Shown piece after piece: positions 17,348-20,000 of a stretch of DNA of 20,000 bases. The DNA is from an uncultured virus (IMG/VR IMGVR_UViG_3300029305_005420). Its lineage: Duplodnaviria; Heunggongvirae; Uroviricota; Caudoviricetes. The position numbers and the translations under genes are program-made. Positions within the stretch are counted from its first letter, which is position 1, and each line of letters starts with the position of its first letter. The DNA lies in the IMG/VR virus record IMGVR_UViG_3300029305_005420; one strand, given 5' to 3'. The notes below the pieces were generated by a model. The model did not search any database. It had not been told where the DNA came from and was given only the letters and a program-made list of their open reading frames with translations.

Positions 17348-19205
17348 CCGTTTTTACCTCCTGCATTGTTGTTATTATCCCTCTTATTTCAGAAGCTACT
17401 GCCGTCTCGCTTGGCACCTTCAAATCAGGTATTGCAGAATAACTGGCGGTCTGTTGATTTGACCCCCACTTATCCTCATCTATGCCTTTGTCCTGTTTGC
17501 CTCCGTGTACATAAAACTCATTACCGAAGGTTCCTGACCAGTCTTCAGGCATTGCTAATATTGAATTACCCCTGCGAGGTATAACCGGCTCAATCGTCTC
17601 TTCGCTGTTGTCGGATTCAATAGATGTGTTAGGTATAAATATCTCCGACTCAGACAAATCAAAAAGGATAATAGACTTTTTGCCCTGTTCTTTTTTAACA
17701 CCCTGAAAACGATACTTAAAGTCAGAATTCCATCCAAACATCTCGAACAAGGTTCCACAAAAACCCGTGGCTCTTATGCTTCTTGGCCGTGCCGTTCCAT
17801 CTGCTCTGTACTTAATCCACTTCAAGGCGTTTTTCTCTGTGGATGCACACTCCATAATAAACAGCAGTTTCTTTACAGGGTGTACATACATTTCAATGTA
17901 CGAACTGTGGGATAACCTGCGGACACAAGCGGTGCTGAAACTAAGGTAGTTGTTAGCAAAGTTAATCAGCATCTTATCGTTGCTCTCAAAGAACTGCGAC
18001 CTTGCTATTTCAAAGCCTCTTAAATCGAACTCGCCGTCTTCTGCCTCGACAGTATACTCCTCAGTCCTTTCTACCGACTCACCTTTTTTATAAACGCCGG
18101 CAGAGGCCGAATAGTAGTCCTCCGGCTTGAACATTGCCCAATGAATATTAACTCGCACAAAGCCCTTAAACGGCCCCTTTTCGATGACCTTTAACTCCGG
18201 CAATGCACCCATACCATTTTTGCAGTTACTGAGCATATGCTGTACCGCTATAAAGTCATCACGGGTGATTATCGCCTCGTGGTGGTCCTTCCATCTGTAC
18301 TGGGTTCTTTCACCTCTGTTTTTCCTTGCTTGGTGTGTCTTATAGCTTGGCGTGAAGGTTTTACTGGTAAGCACATCACCACAGTAACGCTCGTTTCTTA
18401 AAATGTTCGTGACCGATGATGCCGTCCATGTGGTGTTACCCTTTTTTGTTAATCGCTTGAGTTCTGTTAATTTCTCTGCTATCTGCGAAAGAGTGAATCC
18501 ATAAATATACATAAAGAAGATGAGCCGAACAGTTAATGCCTCCTCTTCGTTTATAATAAGATTGCCCTCTTCATCGTGGTCGTAGCCAAGAAGAACAGGT
18601 GTCAGCAAAATGCCGTGACTGAACCTCATCTCAATTGAGGCATTCATTATGTTACTCTTAATATGTGATTCTTCCTGTGCCATTGATGCGGTAAAGTTTA
18701 ATGCCATCTCACTCTTGCTATCAAGGGTAAAAATGTGCTCCGTTTCAAAGAACACTCCCACCGGGTTGGGAAGAGCCGAAAGCTCATCAACAATGCTTAC
18801 ACAGTCAACCACATTTCTCGCAAAACGAGACACGCTCTTTGAAATAATCATATCGATTTTGCCGGCTTTACAATCTCTTATCATTTTGTTAAACGCATCA
18901 CGATGGTTTAACGATGTGCCGGATATACCCTCGTCTGCATAAATGTCAACAAGCACCCAGTTCGGGTTTCTGTTTACCATGTCTTCGTAGTAGTTTTTCT
19001 GAAGCTCATAGGACGAGGTCTGCTGAAGATTGTCGGTTGATACTCTTACATAAACAGCAACTCGTCTATGTACATCATCGTAAAAGTCATACGATTTGCT
19101 CGCAGGGATGACCTCCATGTCATCGTCATTCAAACCTTTGTAACGCTGAATAATCTTCGCTTTCTGTTCGGCCTTGGTTAATGCTGTTTTATCTCCTTGG
19201 CTCAT
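17340..19205 (-). CDS. Large serine recombinase 3 with atypical C-terminal domain, about 621 aa
   Basis: ATG 19205 with AGGAGG RBS (ORF track start 19277); YVRVST, SKSVSRFARN, AQEES, NERYCG, HEAII; no CxxC Zn-ribbon afterwards. Confidence 0.93.
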   Translation of the reverse strand: MSQGDKTALTKAEQKAKIIQRYKGLNDDDMEVIPASKSYDFYDDVHRRVAVYVRVSTDNLQQTSSYELQKNYYEDMVNRNPNWVLVDIYADEGISGTSLNHRDAFNKMIRDCKAGKIDMIISKSVSRFARNVVDCVSIVDELSALPNPVGVFFETEHIFTLDSKSEMALNFTASMAQEESHIKSNIMNASIEMRFSHGILLTPVLLGYDHDEEGNLIINEEEALTVRLIFFMYIYGFTLSQIAEKLTELKRLTKKGNTTWTASSVTNILRNERYCGDVLTSKTFTPSYKTHQARKNRGERTQYRWKDHHEAIITRDDFIAVQHMLSNCKNGMGALPELKVIEKGPFKGFVRVNIHWAMFKPEDYYSASAGVYKKGESVERTEEYTVEAEDGEFDLRGFEIARSQFFESNDKMLINFANNYLSFSTACVRRLSHSSYIEMYVHPVKKLLFIMECASTEKNALKWIKYRADGTARPRSIRATGFCGTLFEMFGWNSDFKYRFQGVKKEQGKKSIILFDLSESEIFIPNTSIESDNSEETIEPVIPRRGNSILAMPEDWSGTFGNEFYVHGGKQDKGIDEDKWGSNQQTASYSAIPDLKVPSETAVASEIRGIITTMQEVKTDG

Positions 19206-19268
19206 AGCTACCTCCTGTCGCACACATATATTCGTGTCCCATATTAATACATATATATTCAAAAATCG

Positions 19269-19304
19269 ATAAACCACAGGTTAAACACTTAACCGACAGT
19301 TTAT
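19269..19304. promoter_or_regulatory. 36-bp dyad, candidate operator in the divergent recombinase 3 / XRE intergenic region
   Basis: ATAAAC-caca-GGTTAA-acac-TTAACC-gaca-GTTTAT, two nested perfect 6-bp inverted pairs with 4-bp spacers. Confidence 0.6.
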
Positions 19305-19331
19305 ATTCTTAAAAATATTTTTGACAAAGAC

Positions 19332-19361
19332 TTTACAAGTCAGCACTTTAGAGTTAATATG
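19332..19361 (+). promoter_or_regulatory. Putative sigmaA-type promoter for the XRE gene; copy 2 of the 16-bp repeat
   Basis: TTTACA (19332-19337), 17 bp, TAATAT (19355-19360); CTTTAGAGTTAATATG at 19346-19361. Confidence 0.55.
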
Positions 19362-19387
19362 CAGGACACAAAAAGGAGTGACCTGAA

Positions 19388-19762
19388 ATGGACTACACAA
19401 TTGACTACCACCGAATAGGTAGAAAAATAGCGGAAATAAGGAAAGAAAAAGGTGTGTCGCAATTCGAACTTTCCGACCTCACAAACCTTACCAGTTCCTA
19501 CATCAGTTACATAGAAAATGGCAGAAAAAAACCGAGCCTCGAATCCCTCGTAAGGATTGCCGAAGCTCTGGATGTTACCCTCGACCGAATTCTGCTCGGT
19601 AATCAGTCAAGCGACCTAAAAGATTACCTGCCGGAATTGAAGTCTCTTATTACTGACTGCTCCTCATACGAAAAGGCGGTCATTTTAGACATTGCGAAAT
19701 CAACTAAAAGTACCTTAAGAAAAAATAACGGCCTGATTATAAAATCAGACCAAGATTACTAA
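19388..19762 (+). CDS. XRE-family (HTH_3) transcriptional regulator, 124 aa
   Basis: AAGGAG RBS; IG.KI..IR...G.SQ.ELS......SYIS.IENG.KKPSLE.L..IA.AL.V signature. Confidence 0.93.
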   Translation: MDYTIDYHRIGRKIAEIRKEKGVSQFELSDLTNLTSSYISYIENGRKKPSLESLVRIAEALDVTLDRILLGNQSSDLKDYLPELKSLITDCSSYEKAVILDIAKSTKSTLRKNNGLIIKSDQDY

Positions 19763-19900
19763 TTTATAGCGACTACCGGGGGTAGCTATAGTATAAAAAC
19801 TTTCTATCGTGTGTAGGCCAAGAAATATCGCCTCCAACAAAGACCTTGTTTTCGTCCGTTGACCAAGAAAAATAGGTGCCGAAATTTATGGGAACAGGGC

Positions 19901-19966
19901 ATTTTGTAAACGAAAACCCAATTTTGTAAACGAGGGTCGATTTTGTAAACGGATATTTTGTATCAA
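19901..19966. repeat. Iterated ATTTTGTAAACG x3 plus variant ATTTTGTATCAA; candidate element end / att-associated array
   Basis: Exact copies at 19901-19912, 19921-19932 and 19940-19951; variant at 19955-19966. Confidence 0.75.
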
Positions 19967-20000
19967 ATTGGTTCATCTTTTCCAAATAAGGACTACGGTA

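Larger units (their letters stand above)
1..19966. mobile_element. Prophage / phage-like integrative element, right portion (tail, lysis, cargo, serine-recombinase modules)
   Basis: Canonical siphophage tail-to-lysis gene order followed by three large serine recombinases. The right boundary is placed tentatively at the repeat array 19901-19966; the left end is outside the window. Confidence 0.85.

Noticed and set aside
1722..19111. Numerous short antisense or alternate-frame ORFs in the track (e.g. 2485-2874, 8138-8359, 10060-10362, 14217-14627, 17204-17584)
   Set aside because: They lie within well-supported genes, lack RBSs or recognisable motifs and look like shadow ORFs.
19206..19277. 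24-aa N-terminal extension of recombinase 3
   Set aside because: A strong AGGAGG precedes ATG 19205; the extension covers AT-rich promoter-like DNA.
19321..19326. Perfect TTGACA as the -35 of the XRE promoter
   Set aside because: No acceptable -10 at 16-18 bp; the TTTACA/TAATAT pair fits the spacing better.
19766..19800. CTACC-ggg-GGTAG hairpin after the XRE gene as a terminator
   Set aside because: Short stem and no adjacent U-tract on the plus strand; too weak to call.
19901..19966. Repeat array as a mini-CRISPR
   Set aside because: Repeats are 12 bp with 3-8 bp spacers, far below CRISPR dimensions, and there are no cas genes.
19773..19985. 70-aa minus-strand ORF as a stand-alone gene
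   Set aside because: No RBS before the TTG, it runs through the repeat array and the frame is open to the window edge; better explained as read-through from a gene outside the window, or spurious.

Overview
The window is the right-hand part of a temperate siphophage-like element of a low-GC Firmicute (Clostridia-like gene content; the host assignment is inference). 1-8483 (+) is a contiguous tail and lysis module: major tail 3' end, tail assembly chaperone with a -1 frameshift (gpG/gpGT), tape measure, Dit, Tal, BppU-like fibre protein, holin and amidase-SH3 endolysin, closed by an intrinsic terminator. 8508-10296 (-) is a three-gene cargo cassette including a phosphoesterase fused to a Cys-rich domain. 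10362-13835 (+) is an HTH/Zn-finger gene, a SHOCT-like gene and two large serine recombinases. 13823-19205 (-) is a tightly coupled six-gene operon: a third serine recombinase whose usual Zn-ribbon/coiled-coil tail is replaced by a domain that recurs in the next two genes, a degenerate ParB-like/HTH protein, a DGQH-motif ParB-like (DUF6551-like) protein and a PPP phosphatase, with a divergent XRE regulator. This operon is the best candidate for an undescribed system. Non-coding signals include a perfect 16-bp direct repeat 8.4 kb apart bracketing all three recombinases, a 36-bp dyad between the operon and XRE gene, and an iterated 12-mer array at 19901-19966 that may mark the element end. All family calls come from motif recognition by eye, not database searches.
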